Source: Octopus bimaculoides (lineage: Eukaryota). Taken from it: 64,000 bases of DNA. The notes under the pieces were generated by a model. The model saw only the letters and a list, made by a program, of their open reading frames with translations, did no database searches and was not told where the DNA came from. Position 1 is the first letter of the stretch, and every line of letters starts with the position of its first letter. Both the position numbers and the translations under genes were made by a program. The stretch covers positions 22,882,914-22,946,913 of the forward strand of contig NC_068994.1 of assembly GCF_001194135.2 (NCBI RefSeq), written 5' to 3'. Below are positions 37,698 to 49,639 of the stretch, piece by piece.

Positions 37698-38186
37698 ATG
37701 TGGATGATAATATTTTCAACCAAGACATTACAACTGTATCTGTTCAAGGACTTCAATTCTGTATATGTATATATTTTTACTTGATTACTGACATTTATCA
37801 ATGGTTTCTCCCATTGATCTGATGCACCATTTTCTATCATTAATAGAACTGTTGGTATGTTTGACGGGTATGCTAATAATTATACAACTCTCAAAGTTTA
37901 AAAAATTACATATCTTTTTGCTAAGAAGTGTCATACACATATGTAATAGTAGAGAGTGTATGATGAAAGAAAGACAAATTGTGGTATTTGCTATATATGT
38001 ACCATTATTTAGTCAATACTTTTGTCTTTTATTTGCCTAACAAGAAGGAAGAGGGAAACAAAATTGTGAATTAGTATGCTGCTTCTCTGGAATTTTGCTT
38101 GTGTGCTCTCAGAGTTATCAGGCAAGTTATTAATCTCTATGGTATTGAGTACTCTTTGTTCTGACAGTCAACAGTAAGCATGTATC

Positions 38187-38190
<4 letters not shown>

Positions 38191-38282
<92 letters not shown>
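38191..38282. repeat. (GT)n microsatellite, ~46 units
   Basis: Perfect GT run. Many (TA)n, (CA)n, (ATT)n and (CAT)n runs occur elsewhere, and most N gaps abut them. Confidence 0.95.
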
Positions 38283-38285
<3 letters not shown>

Positions 38286-38339
38286 CAGACAGAGCGAGAT
38301 TAAGTCATCATTTTTTGAACTGGATTGACATGTGCAGTT

Positions 38340-39170
38340 ATTGTAGAAGTGATATCATAATCAGTGAGTGTAGGATTGATCAGCAGACAACATGGTGCTA
38401 CTTGGCTCATTAGAAGGTGATTTCCAGCATGCACTGAATGGGTTTGCTGCCAAGTGCTGCAAGGCAGGGATAAGACATTTGTCCTCTCAAGAGAGTTTTC
38501 TCATTACGTTCTACATATTAGTGGAACATCATTTAGGTAAGGGGAAAAGTTTAAGAGTAGCAAGCCCGTATTCATGAGTGACAAGAAGCAGAGGCTGAAC
38601 TGGATGTTAGAATTGCAGGTGCTGGTACAATAATGCACCAGCTCCAGCATTTGCTCCTCAGAAGGCAAAAAAGATTGATAAAAAAACCAAACTTGCTCTC
38701 TTCAATTTGGTTTCTGTGCTTATCCTCACTCTATGATCATGAATGTTAGGTAATGACCAAGAGTGTAATTGTGGATACAAGCAGTCAAAATGGGGGTCCT
38801 TTGAAGGGTCTCTGGAGGAACATTATTTGTCAATAGGGTGAGGTGCTCAGAGATCAAGAAGTTTCTCCAGATAAAACTGCTCCTCTCCTAAATTGAGAGA
38901 TCACAGCTCTAGTACTAAGGGCATGTGATTAGAATGTCAAAGGAAAGGATTGCAAGATGGATTCGTCAAGCCAAGCCAACAGGCAGAAGACCTAGGGATA
39001 GATTGCCTCAGTTGGTCACACTCAGAATCCAGCTGGAAAGTGTAAAATTGGTTTTCTAATAGGACTTTATGGAGATGTTTAAGGACTCTACTCCCATCAC
39101 ACAGGAATAGTGGGCAGAGAAAATAGAATGATATATGTGTAAACCTACATAGTAGACATACAATGACCAA
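38340..39170 (+). mobile_element. Old RTE LINE 3' remnant (Rex3/Expander-like)
   Basis: VLLGSLEGDFQHALNGF, RVRCSEIKKFLQIKLLLS*IERSQL*Y*GHVIRMSKER...PTGRRPR. Confidence 0.7.
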
Positions 39171-39789
39171 AAAAATGAGCTACCTTAATTGATTTTCGAC
39201 TCTTAATGGTGTTCCATCAAGTGTCTACACCACTTGACCAATCTCACAGAAGCAAGTAGCTAATCTGTTTATATACATACCAAGTCTAGTCACTTCAGAG
39301 AACTACACATTTGCAAACACACACATATATATCTATATACGTACACATCTCTATATAATATATATTTGTGTGTATGTAATTTTTTGGACTAATAGGCATT
39401 TGTCAATTGACAATAAAGACAAATACCAAATCCATCTTCTGTGTCATTAATTGATTATAATGTTTGTTTTTATGTTCAGTTTTAATAAATTAGGACTCAG
39501 ATGTTCAGTAAACTGAATTAATTGCTCTTAAGCAACCAAGAAGCTGAGCATTACACAAATACCTGTACCCTTAAATACAATTCTCTAACAGATAGTGACA
39601 TAGTGTCTGACAAAACTATACCTTTGAATTATAGGTACAATCCATATGATGGGCTCCTATGCTGTTTGTCTACCTACCTGATTTCAACATGAAGTGTAGG
39701 TCAAACTAAAGGTCTAGAAAATGGCATTTGCTTATGATACCCTGCAGTGAAATTGAAGCTGTGAACACTTACACCATTTGGCATGTATA

Positions 39790-39970
39790 TTGATTTCAAA
39801 TTTTGGCACAAGGCCTGCAATTTCAGGAGACAGTGTAAGTCAATCACATCAACCCCAGTTCTCACTTTTTATCAATCCCCAAAAAATGAAAGGCGAAGTT
39901 GACCATGACAGAATTTGAACTTAGAATGTGAAGATGTACAAAATACTGTTAAGCTTGTTGCCTTCTCAGC
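39790..39970 (-). mobile_element. SINE family A
   Basis: GATTTCAAATTTTGGCACAAGGCC...GAATTTGAACTTAGAATG is the reverse of the family A body. Confidence 0.75.
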
Positions 39971-40051
39971 AAATATATTAACAATACACCCATATATTTA
40001 TATGTTAATAAATAATGACAAAAAGACATGAGTTATGTAATCATTTTCATT

Positions 40052-40117
40052 AGCTTACAGCTGCTTCTGCTATAAGTAACTGTTTTAGTGTGATAAACAT
40101 TTAGCTTCTTCAGAGCC
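40052..40117 (-). ncRNA. Decayed minimal hammerhead motif
   Basis: Minus strand GGCT-CTGAAGA-AGCTA...TAGCA-GAAG-C-AGCT-G-TA-AGCT; GAAA mutated to GAAG. Confidence 0.5.
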
Positions 40118-40394
40118 ATTTATGACCATGAACAACCACAAGGCCTAATTAATGATACTCCTTCTAATAATCAATCTCTAAACATCCAGGCAATGGTTTC
40201 TTAAGCAAACACCTCTGCAGGTGATAAGTATTGGAGATGTTAAGAATAGTAATGAGCCTAAAACATACAATTTCAAAAATATCAATGATTGCCTGTAAAA
40301 TGGCTATTGTCTTGCTCGAAACATAGTATATAGATGTAGAGCATGTATATAATATGAATGCTCTAGGGAACACATTGGATCTACAGTAAACATT

Positions 40395-40727
40395 TATCTT
40401 TTTATCTTTTACTTGTTTCAGTCACTAGACAGTGACCATGTTTGGACATTGTCTTGAAAGGTTTTAGTCAAACAAATCAACCCCAGGACTTGCCAAACTG
40501 ATAGGTCATAGGGATGTAAACACACCAATACTAGCTGTCAAGCAGCAGCAGGGTCAAACACAGACACACACAATGGGTTACTTTCAGTTTCTGTTTATCA
40601 AATCCACTCACAAGGCTTTGGTCAGCTCAAAGCTATTCTAGAAGACACTAGTCCAAGGTGCCATGCAGTGGAACTGAACCCAGAACCATGTGGTTGGGAA
40701 GCAAACTTCTTACCACACAGCCTGCAC
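40395..40727 (-). mobile_element. SINE family B, near full length
   Basis: TCTTTTACTTGTTTCAGTC...ATCCACTCACAAGGCTTTGGTCAGC...CTTACCACACAGCC. Confidence 0.85.
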
Positions 40728-41411
40728 CAATACATAAAAGTTTTTTCAAGCAACTGTGCAATCTTTTAAAAATCCAAAGTTGGTGTACTCAACTTTACTA
40801 GTTGAATACATGTTGCAACTGAAAAATTCAAACATTGAGTATGGCTTGTAGTGGAACACTAAAATTTGCAATTCTGTACATAGCAGAACAGAGGCCATGC
40901 TGATTATCCACAAGCAATAGAAATTTTACTCTCCAATACATAACTTCTAACTAAATGAAACAAGGTGATCATCAAGTACAACCACAATATTCTTTATACT
41001 TTTAAATTCAATTTAAAAAGAAAATATGAGAACTAACTTAATCACATCTCATAATAGACAATTCAGATACAAGGCTTGATTCCATCCCTGTTTCAACAAG
41101 TTTAGTGCCGTCGTGTTCTTAAAAAGCTTCCATTTTTGTTACATCATTCAAATTTTTTTACTTTACTTTATTTCATTTTAGTGTATAATTTATATAAATA
41201 TGCATTACTTCTAACATTTGATAGGTCTGTTTAAATATCCTTATAACTTATAATATGTTGTTTCAGTTAGCTATCATCTGATCTATGTCTATATATATAC
41301 AGAGAGAGAGAGAGATGTATATATAATTTAAAATATATGCACTTCCTTGCTCTTATCTATACAATTTGTATGTTAAATATGAGTCTGTCTACATACACAA
41401 GGTGCATATAA

Positions 41412-41469
<58 letters not shown>

Positions 41470-41480
41470 ATATACATAAA

Positions 41481-42259
41481 TGTCCATGTTCTTTTGCCAC
41501 ATCATGTACCCAGTTATGTATCTATATGTACATGTAGATGAAGGTATGTACATACATGTACATATATATGCATATACTCATATATTGTTTGTATCACAAC
41601 AGAACGCACGTGTTAACCTTTATACAGTAAGTTTTAACTATTTTTCTAACGCGACTCTCTCTATCTCTATATCTATCTCTTGTTACTCGTCCTTCGCCTC
41701 TCACCGTTACAACTACTATCTCTCTCTCTCTCTTCCTCTCGTTGCTCACATTTATTCTACTTCCTCTCCTTCTTTTCCCTCTGCTACTCTTACTCTCTCT
41801 CTTTACACAGCCTTGGTCACGTGTGTCCGGCTGCTATTTCTTTTCGTTCTTGGACTCCCCAAGCTCGCACGTACTTCTTTGCCCCTCCTGTTCGTGCTTC
41901 ACAGCATTCAATACATACACATTTCATGTCTGGCTGTACAGCCTTTTTGCTTGTTTGTTCATTCACCGTTTCGTTTTCCGTCTGCCACTACCCTCCACGA
42001 AAATAATTTAATTTGTGTTCGTGGGAAGAACCATTTCAACGATGCGTACTGCCTTAATTCTTCGAAACGCCGGTGTTTTAATGGTGGCAGCTGATGAAGG
42101 AGATGTTTCTATGTGGCTTGCTTGTTTGTTGTACCTTGTTTAATCATTTTGTCCATGTTCTTTTGTCACGTCATGTACCCAGTTATGTATCTATATGTAC
42201 ATGTAGATGAAGGTATGTATATACATGTACATATATATGCATATACTCATATATTGTTT
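41481..42259. mobile_element. Unclassified young element with 110-bp terminal direct repeats, between (TA)n runs
   Basis: 41481-41590 and 42150-42259 differ at 3 of 110 nt; the 559-bp interior is CpG-rich relative to the flanks. Confidence 0.7.
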
Positions 42260-42287
42260 ATATATATATATATATATATATGTTCTT

Positions 42288-42452
42288 TTATATTTTTATT
42301 TGTTTCAGTCATTTGACTGGGGCCATGCAGGTGCACCGCCTTTAGTAGAAAAAATCGACCCCAGGACTAATTCTTTGTAAGCCTAGTACTTATTCTATCG
42401 GTCTCTCTTGCCGAATCGCTAAGTGACACACATGTTGGAGGGACAAACACAA

Positions 42453-42465
<13 letters not shown>
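42288..42465 (-). mobile_element. SINE family B 3' part
   Basis: TTTGTTTCAGTCATTTGACTGGGGCCATGC...CTATCGGTCTCTTTGCCGAA. Confidence 0.85.
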
Positions 42466-42492
<27 letters not shown>

Positions 42493-42493
42493 C

Positions 42494-43130
42494 CCATATG
42501 TTCTGTCCGATCTTACCTTTTTAAAAATTGAATGAAATTTAATGTTAAATGTCGTAAAAAATGCTTTGGTAAAAGGGAAAAAGCTCAACCACTACCAAGA
42601 AGGGAACTTCATGGGAAAAAAGTTCTTCTCTCAATTTGGTGGTATTGCAAAGGAGTAATTGACTTTGAATTCTTACCACCTAATTGAGAGAAGAAAAAAA
42701 GCTTTGAAGAAAAAAAGACCCGCTTTAGTGAATCAAAAAGGAGTAATATTTCATCAGGACAATGTGCAACCCCACACAGCAAAGATCACATCACAGAAAA
42801 TCGAAGAGCTTGGTTGGGAAAAAATTCCTCATCCACCTTATTCTCCCGACTTTGCTCCTTCAGACTACCATTTGTTTCATAGTTTACAGAATCATTTGGG
42901 GGACATAACTTTCGCAAGCCAGGAGGAGGTTGAAACTGACATTTCAGAGTTCTTCGCTTTGAAACCAAAAGAGTTTTACATTGATGGGATTAAAAAACTC
43001 GTAAATAGATGGAAGGAAGTCATAGATAATCAAGGAAAGTACATTGATGATTAAATTTCAATTAAATATAACATTTGATCACTTGTTTTCTTAATTCAAA
43101 ATTCGGACAGAACTTATGGGTTGACCTGAT
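42494..43130 (+). mobile_element. Internally deleted mariner transposon
   Basis: KKVLLSIWW, VIFHQDNVQPH, PHPPYSPDFAPSDYHLF...NQGKYIDD. Right TIR TCGGACAGAACTTATGGGTTGACCTGATA; partial left TIR CCCATATGTTCTGTCCGA. Confidence 0.9.
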
Positions 43131-43469
43131 ATATTAATATNNNNNNNNNNNNNNNNNNNNNNNNNNNNNNNNNNNNNNNNNNNNNNNNNNNNNNNNNNNN
43201 NNNNNNNNNNNNNNNNNNNNNNNNNNNNNNNNNNNNNNNNNNNNNNNNNNNNNNNNNNNNNNNNNNNNNNNNNNNNNNNNNNNNNNNNNNNNNNNNATAT
43301 ATATTTATAACCCATGCTAGCATGGAAAGCGGACGTTAAACGATGATGATGATATAATATTAGGGAATGTAAAATTCCAAACATACAGGAATATTCAATT
43401 TAGTAATACCAAATTGTATTTTATAATAAATAATATATGTATATAAATATAACTAAGAGAAGAACCATC

Positions 43470-43980
43470 TTACACCATCCACTGCAGTCATGTCTCTTCG
43501 CATCTCTATCTGTCACTGTCCTTCACTCTCAAAAACCTGTCCACACAGCCCTCTTCAACACTCCTGTTATCTTTTTATCCACTTTTTTGTCCCTTGGTGG
43601 TATGCCCTGACACTTTCATTGCCATTATCCTTTCTCCATTTCCCCCTGGGATAGCCATGTATTTTCTCTACAGCAAGATACCAGCTCCTACCACTCTATT
43701 ATAGTTTACTCTCTCTACACTTGACACAAAGCCACTTCCCACAATACTGCAACCTCCTCCATTTGATCAAGGGGGTCTTGTTTTCTGTCTCACAAGTGCT
43801 GGTACCATGAAAAATGTACCTGGTACACCCTGTGGTTGGCATTAGGAAAGACATTCACCAGTGAAAAACATGTCAAAGCAGACACTGGAGCTCAACGCAG
43901 TCTTCTGGCTCATCCTCTTCTGTTGAACTGTTTAACCCATGCCAGCATGAGTTAGACAGATGTTAAATAAGGATGATGGT
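43470..43980 (+). mobile_element. RTE LINE 3' UTR fragment (pyrimidine-rich variant)
   Basis: Homologous to the reverse of 46100-46500; ends CCCATGCCAGCATG...(GAT)n. Confidence 0.65.
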
Positions 43981-43989
43981 GATTATACA

Positions 43990-44680
43990 CACACACATCC
44001 CCCACCACTGCTGGATAACTGGTGCTAATTTGTTAATGTCCAATAACTTAGTGGTTTGTCAAGAGTGACTGATAGAATAAGTATCAAACTTTAAAGAAAT
44101 AAATACTAGGCTGATTAGTTTGACTAAATCTTTCAAAAAGGTGCCTCAGCAGACCTACAGTCCAATGAAAACAAGTAAAAGATGATAATTATCATGAACT
44201 CTCTCATTGTCAGACAATGTGAGTTCTGCAATTTCTTGCTGAACAACCACATAGTTGATTTGTTGACAGTGATCAAATGTTTGTAAGCACATAAGCTCCA
44301 CTCCTTCCATCAAATCAACATTATCTATACAGGTGCATGATATGCCACACGTTAGATGATGAAATAATTGCAGAGCAACATGAAATAGTGTGTTTTGCTC
44401 AAGAACACAATGTGTGTGTGTGTGTGTATCTATCTATATATGACATCAAACGATGATGATGATATGCACACACATCATTTTAAACATCCATTTTTCAATG
44501 CTTGTATGGGTCAACTGGAATTCATTGAAACAGACTTTCTACAGCTGGATGTCTTTCCTGTCACAAACTGTCGCTCTTTCCTAAATACAGTAATATTCCC
44601 ACATGTATTGTGACATTCATTTACAACTATTGCAGAATGTCAAGACAAAGAGGCACACACACACATATATATACAATTTA
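43990..44680. mobile_element. SINE cluster: family B 3' (+, 43990-44185), family D (-, 44190-44412), family E (-, 44455-44680)
   Basis: Each matches copies elsewhere in the window. Confidence 0.6.
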
Positions 44681-44857
44681 CACACACATATTTATATATC
44701 ATATATATTAATGTTTGTTTTTATGTTCAGTTATGATAAAAACAATTTTACATTAATCTGACGAATTACTCTATACTTTGGTGGAGTACAAATTTATTAT
44801 TTTTCGTATGTGTATTTCGTGTGCAAGATTCTTGATGTGGATACGTGTGTTGAAAGA

Positions 44858-45028
44858 AATACAATTAAACCTTGGGAGAGGCATTATGCCGGTAATAAAC
44901 ACACGCACTGGTTCAGTCCTTTATTAATTTATATTAATTTAACAAAAAACTATATAAATTAATAAAGGACTGAACCAGTGCGTGTGTTTATTACCGGCAT
45001 AATGCCTCTCCCAAGGTTTAATTGTATT
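44858..45028. repeat. Perfect inverted repeat: 77-bp arms, 17-nt loop
   Basis: 44858-44934 is the exact reverse complement of 44952-45028. Confidence 0.95.
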
Positions 45029-45068
45029 AAATTTATTATTCTTATACAAGAATATTGTTGGCAATGAC

Positions 45069-45408
45069 TTGTGGTTTTCAACCAGGGTCCATATGGCCCC
45101 CGAGAGTCCATATACGATTTTTGGGGGTCCACATAGCAAAATAGTAAATTAAGGATTCACAATAGTATTTTAAGGGCCCCTGAAAAAAATTTTGCTTTTG
45201 ATGTATTTATTGGAAGAAGCTGCTAGGCTTCTTTCTCTAACATTTTGCATTGTTCAACCTATTACAAGTTAATGTGTGTTAAACAAAATAGGAATTTTGA
45301 AAGAAATTTCTATAAAACTAGGTTTTAAACATCAAATGGTTATGGGGTCCCACAAGAATAAAATAGTAATGAAAAGGGTCCATAGAAAAAAATGATTGAG
45401 AACCCCTG
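45069..45408. mobile_element. hAT/Charlie-like MITE (second copy)
   Basis: GTGGTTTTCAACCAGGGTCCATATGG...TGATTGAGAACCCCTG, homologous to 3320-3661. Confidence 0.7.
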
Positions 45409-45413
45409 CTGTA

Positions 45414-45794
45414 AACAAATGGGAGTAAATACACTGAGTTAGCTCACAGTGCCACTTAACCAGACTGTGGGACGCATGCATTTCAGAGTGTTTATCTCCG
45501 CTTCCGCCATAGAGACTGGAAAGGGAGATTCTGCAAGATGACACGAGAGATAGATCCCTCTTATGATATTCCTGTCATTGTTCAATGACTGGTTGCACTA
45601 TTCAATGGCTTGTCACACCATATTTAATTTATGGCGAGCTGCTGTATAATGCAACCAGTCATTGACTGATGATGGGAATATCATAAGATGGACCTGTCTC
45701 CTGTATCAGTTTGCAGTGCCTACCTTTCCAGTCTCTGTGGCTGAAGAGGAGATGGTGCTGTGAGCTGACTCGGTGTATTTACCACCCATTTGTC
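45414..45794. mobile_element. MITE with long imperfect TIRs and TA target-site duplication (Tc1/mariner type)
   Basis: TA|AACAAATGGG.GTAAATACAC.GAGT.AGCTCACAG...AGAGACTGGAAAGG...TCAATGACTGGTTGCA is mirrored at 45650-45794, which is followed by TA. Confidence 0.8.
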
Positions 45795-45944
45795 TAGAGA
45801 GAGAAATTTTCTCCATGACAAAATACAGTGAATGACTTTCTTATGGGATCGAATATGCCTCAAGCATATTTGAACTGGCAACATGTCTGTAATTATACAC
45901 ATCACTGCTTAGCACTGTCGCCTATGTGTGTGTGTGTATATAAA

Positions 45945-47080
45945 ATCATCATCAGGATCATTTACAGTCTGTTTTCCATACTGATGTGGATTGGGCAGTT
46001 AGATAGGATCTGGCAACTTTCAGGACTGCATTGAGCTCCAATGTCTGTTTTGGCATGGTTCCTAGAGCCAGATGCCCTTCTTAATACTAACTGCTTTACA
46101 ATCTGTACTGAGTGCTTTTTTTCATGTCACCAGCACAAGTAGGAGTCACAAAGTAACTTGCACAATAGCAAAAGAAAAAGAAAAAGCACTCTGGACTAAG
46201 TGGCAAGGGTGCATTTGAGAGGAGGAGGTGGAATTTTGCCAGGTGTCGAGAGGCAAAAGTACGAAAAAGGGATAAGCACAAGTGACTTGCTACAGAGGAA
46301 AAACATGGCTACCCTGCATTATATAAGGGTGGATGAGAGTAGCAGGGAAGAAGATAAAGATGGTAATGATGTGGTACCAGAGCGAACTCTTGAGGTACAA
46401 GAAGTTGAACATGAGAGAGGACATAGACAGTGAATCAAAATCAGGGAAAGAGAGCAGGTAGAAGTGAATGTAGTAAGTGATAAACAAGGATGGAGCTGCA
46501 GTATGGATAGGAGGTAAGGTGAGAGAGAGATAACTCAGGAAGATAGATAAATCAGAAAGTATGGGGAAGATGTGCAAGGTGTAAGAATGGTGGGGAGGGA
46601 GATGTAAAGGTACATAAGGCTGGCCATAGGGAGTGGGGTTTGATGGTGGAAATAAGAGGGCGTTGGGAATGATAGCAGATATGAGAAGGTTAAGGATGAG
46701 GAGAGGAAGAGATAATTGTAGGCAAAGAAAAGTGGTCTGTGAAAATAGTATGGGAAGGGATGGACAGAAGAAGGTAACTGGTTATGTAAAAAATCATGGG
46801 GAGGGATGCAATATATGCTCTCAAGTGATTACAGCAACCGAGTAGTACCATAGATAGAACTGTGGTAGAGAGATAAGGTATGGGTAATGCTTGATAGGTC
46901 AGAATGGGTGTAGGGGTAGGGCCTAGCTCGTACAAGCAAACAAAATACTTTCAGGACCTCGTTTTTGCTGCAATGGAGGGGTCTTCTTGAGCACTGAAAA
47001 TCGCCAATCACCTTTGTCATTTCCTCTGTGAGGTTCAGCATCTTCAGATCAGCCTTCACTACTTCATCACGTCTTTCTGG
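45945..47080 (-). mobile_element. RTE LINE 3' end (ORF2 terminus plus UTR)
   Basis: Minus translation DEVVKADLKMLNLTEEMTK; pyrimidine-rich UTR; conserved tail ending in (GAT)n. Confidence 0.75.
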
Positions 47081-47449
47081 ATTTCTCTCTCTCCCTATAT
47101 AAATATATATATAAACACACACACACACACATTACACACACGCATACATACACACATATAATACATATATGTAAATACATACACTAAATACGTATATATA
47201 TTCATGTGTGTGTGTGTGTGATTGTATGTACATACAAATATAAATCTATACATGCATATTTATATATGCATACATGAATACACACACATCACATATGTGT
47301 ATTCACGCACGTGTAAGTGTTGGTAAAGGGTAAAAATGTCCTATATATATGTACCTTAATATTATGTTGAATCAGTGTAAAACATTTGAGAATGATGAAA
47401 TTCCCAAATAAAATGACAAAGTTGGAACATAACTAAATTATGATCATAG

Positions 47450-49260
47450 GATGCTGGAATAGTGTAATGCAACTAGCTAGTGTGGTAACGATATGAGGGT
47501 GGAGGCGGTTATTTCGGCCAGACCATTTTCCCATTTTCCATTTTGTAAAACAGGATGACCACTACATTGCTACATCAATGTAGAATTATATATGTACATA
47601 CGTACGTATGTATGTATATGAGTGAGAAGAGAGCACGTAAATAATAAAGTGTCATAAAGGGTTGGAATGTCCAGGTACATATAAAAATAACTTGGATGAA
47701 GGTAGTATTACCTTCGAGTTTAAACAATAGACATGTGGAAGAAAAGCGCGAGAAGCAAGAACAATGTCCACATAGATGGTTCTGGTCTCCTCTAGCTCTG
47801 CAGGAGGCCTAGACTGGTAAATGAAGCAAGTCAGGCTGGCAGCGACAAGAAAGAATGAAGAGTAAACGAATGGCGAGTGGAGGACAGATTGATGGGAGAA
47901 AGTAATGGACAGAAAGATGACGTGAGTCTCCTTAGGTAGATAAGTTTCTTATAGTAGATTGTCGCTAAAATGACTTGCTGGGGTGGAAGCTGGTTGACGT
48001 ACATATAAAAGAAAGGAAAATGTGGGAATAATAAGGAGAAATAAGGAATCACAATAAAAATTTAAATAATTAAAATATTCTATTTTAGAATATTTAATGT
48101 ATCGAAATAATAAACAAAAAGAAACGGAGAAAGTATGGAGGAAAAAAAAAAAGATTGATTTTCCACAATACAAAAGGAAACTGAAGCTTTATAGCTAGTA
48201 TAGAAGATACGATGTCGAGGAAACAAGGGATACCCCATTTCACAATCTGAAACATTTTGCTTACCTTTCGCAGTCCCCTTTTTTTTAATCGTCCTTGCAA
48301 CATTCTATAATTTACATTATAGCGATGTAATTCTCAGGCAGTAGATAGATAATATACAAAAACTTTTGCATAGATTATGAATGAAGTAAAAATGTGAGGA
48401 GTGATCGTGGTTAGAATAGGGAGCACAGGCTGAAGATAAACAGTGTCCGAAGCTGGTAATCAGTTGAGTGTTGGTATAAACACAGGGGCAGATAATACAA
48501 CAAATACAGCGCCTTGAGCGATTTAATTAACGATTCTTACTTCTGAACTTTAACGGAATATAATTTAGGAAATTTTTTAGAGTTGTAAATTTTAATGAAG
48601 TTATTTAGTTTTGATTTAGCTAAAATTGGGAAACTTTGAGGTGATTCTGACTATAACAACATGCTATATGGTTTTCTTGCAGACAACTTATATTTGCTAT
48701 CGGCCTCTACTACTGTAAACTTTGTCACTATATATAGACGGACTGAGCATACCATTTCCGACGGTGAAGACGTATATTGCATTCCCTTCTATCAATAATA
48801 TGTCGATTGAAGTAAATGATTGCAAAGATACTTGGAAAGAAATTTATAAACCGAATAAATTTATCAATAAGATATTTTAATATTCTGAAGTGGTCATGAA
48901 ACGAAACCTTCAATTTTAGGGGTGGAGAAAAGAAACTCGAGACGTTCACACTTTCCTCCTGAAGGTATTTGCGATTAAACGAATTGAAGGGATTTCTGCT
49001 GAGAATTGAAACAGGGTTGTCATCTGGATTTGTCTAGAGGATGCATATTGCTACAAATTAGTTGTTTCTTCTACAAACAAAACAATTAGACACTTATAAC
49101 TACCATAAATATAGCGCCTACACAGATGGATATATTCGATGTAGCATTGGATCAACTGTCAGAAGAAAAGATTGGCAGGTCATGTCTGGAACATCTTTCA
49201 ACCTAATTCTATTGGGTCAAGGCTGGCTTAGGGTTGCGTGACAATCTATATAACGCCTGA
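47450..49260. promoter_or_regulatory. CpG-retaining, mostly non-repetitive region: candidate (bidirectional) promoter and first exon(s)
   Basis: About 40-45 CpGs in 1.8 kb by manual count, against only a few in 27.8-30.2 kb. TGACGT motifs at 47918 and 47995, TATAAAAG at 48004, and a minus-strand donor AAG|GTAATA at 47712/47711. Confidence 0.45.
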
Positions 49261-49639
49261 AATGTGTCGTAAATTTCATTGTCTAAAGAACTAAGGAACT
49301 GGGATGGCTAACATTGGAAAACAAAACATTTAAAAGGGAAATTTATAGGAGAAAGGGTTAGAGTACTATATTTTTGCCTTTCTAAAGGACATTAGAAATG
49401 TAAGAAAAATGAAATAAATGTATCACTTTGATGTTACTGAACATTTCAATTATATAATTTTTGACAAAGAAGTTATTTACCAATAACTTTTCTTTAACTT
49501 CTATTAATGAGCAAATTTAATCATTTGTCTCTCATAATCTACTGTCTTACTTTGCCTCAGTAATTATCACTCCTGTCCTTAGAATGATCTAGTACCACTC
49601 TACTAATCCCAATGTAATTGCAGCCATCTGATGCTATGG

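Noticed and set aside
41480-42094. 204-aa ORF and overlapping 108/89-aa ORFs
   Set aside because: Low-complexity Leu/Ser/Phe translation of a pyrimidine-rich repeat with no domain; it starts inside the 110-bp direct repeat.
42058-42105. Permuted (type II-like) hammerhead TTCTTC-GAAAC-GCCG-GTG...CTGATGA-AGGAGA
   Set aside because: Position 17 would be G (non-cleavable) and no convincing stem I forms; kept only as a note in the 41481-42259 finding.
47698-47716. Hairpin GAAGGTA-GTAT-TACCTTC as a ribozyme stem II
   Set aside because: The flanking core motifs are absent; the site is better explained as overlapping a candidate splice donor.
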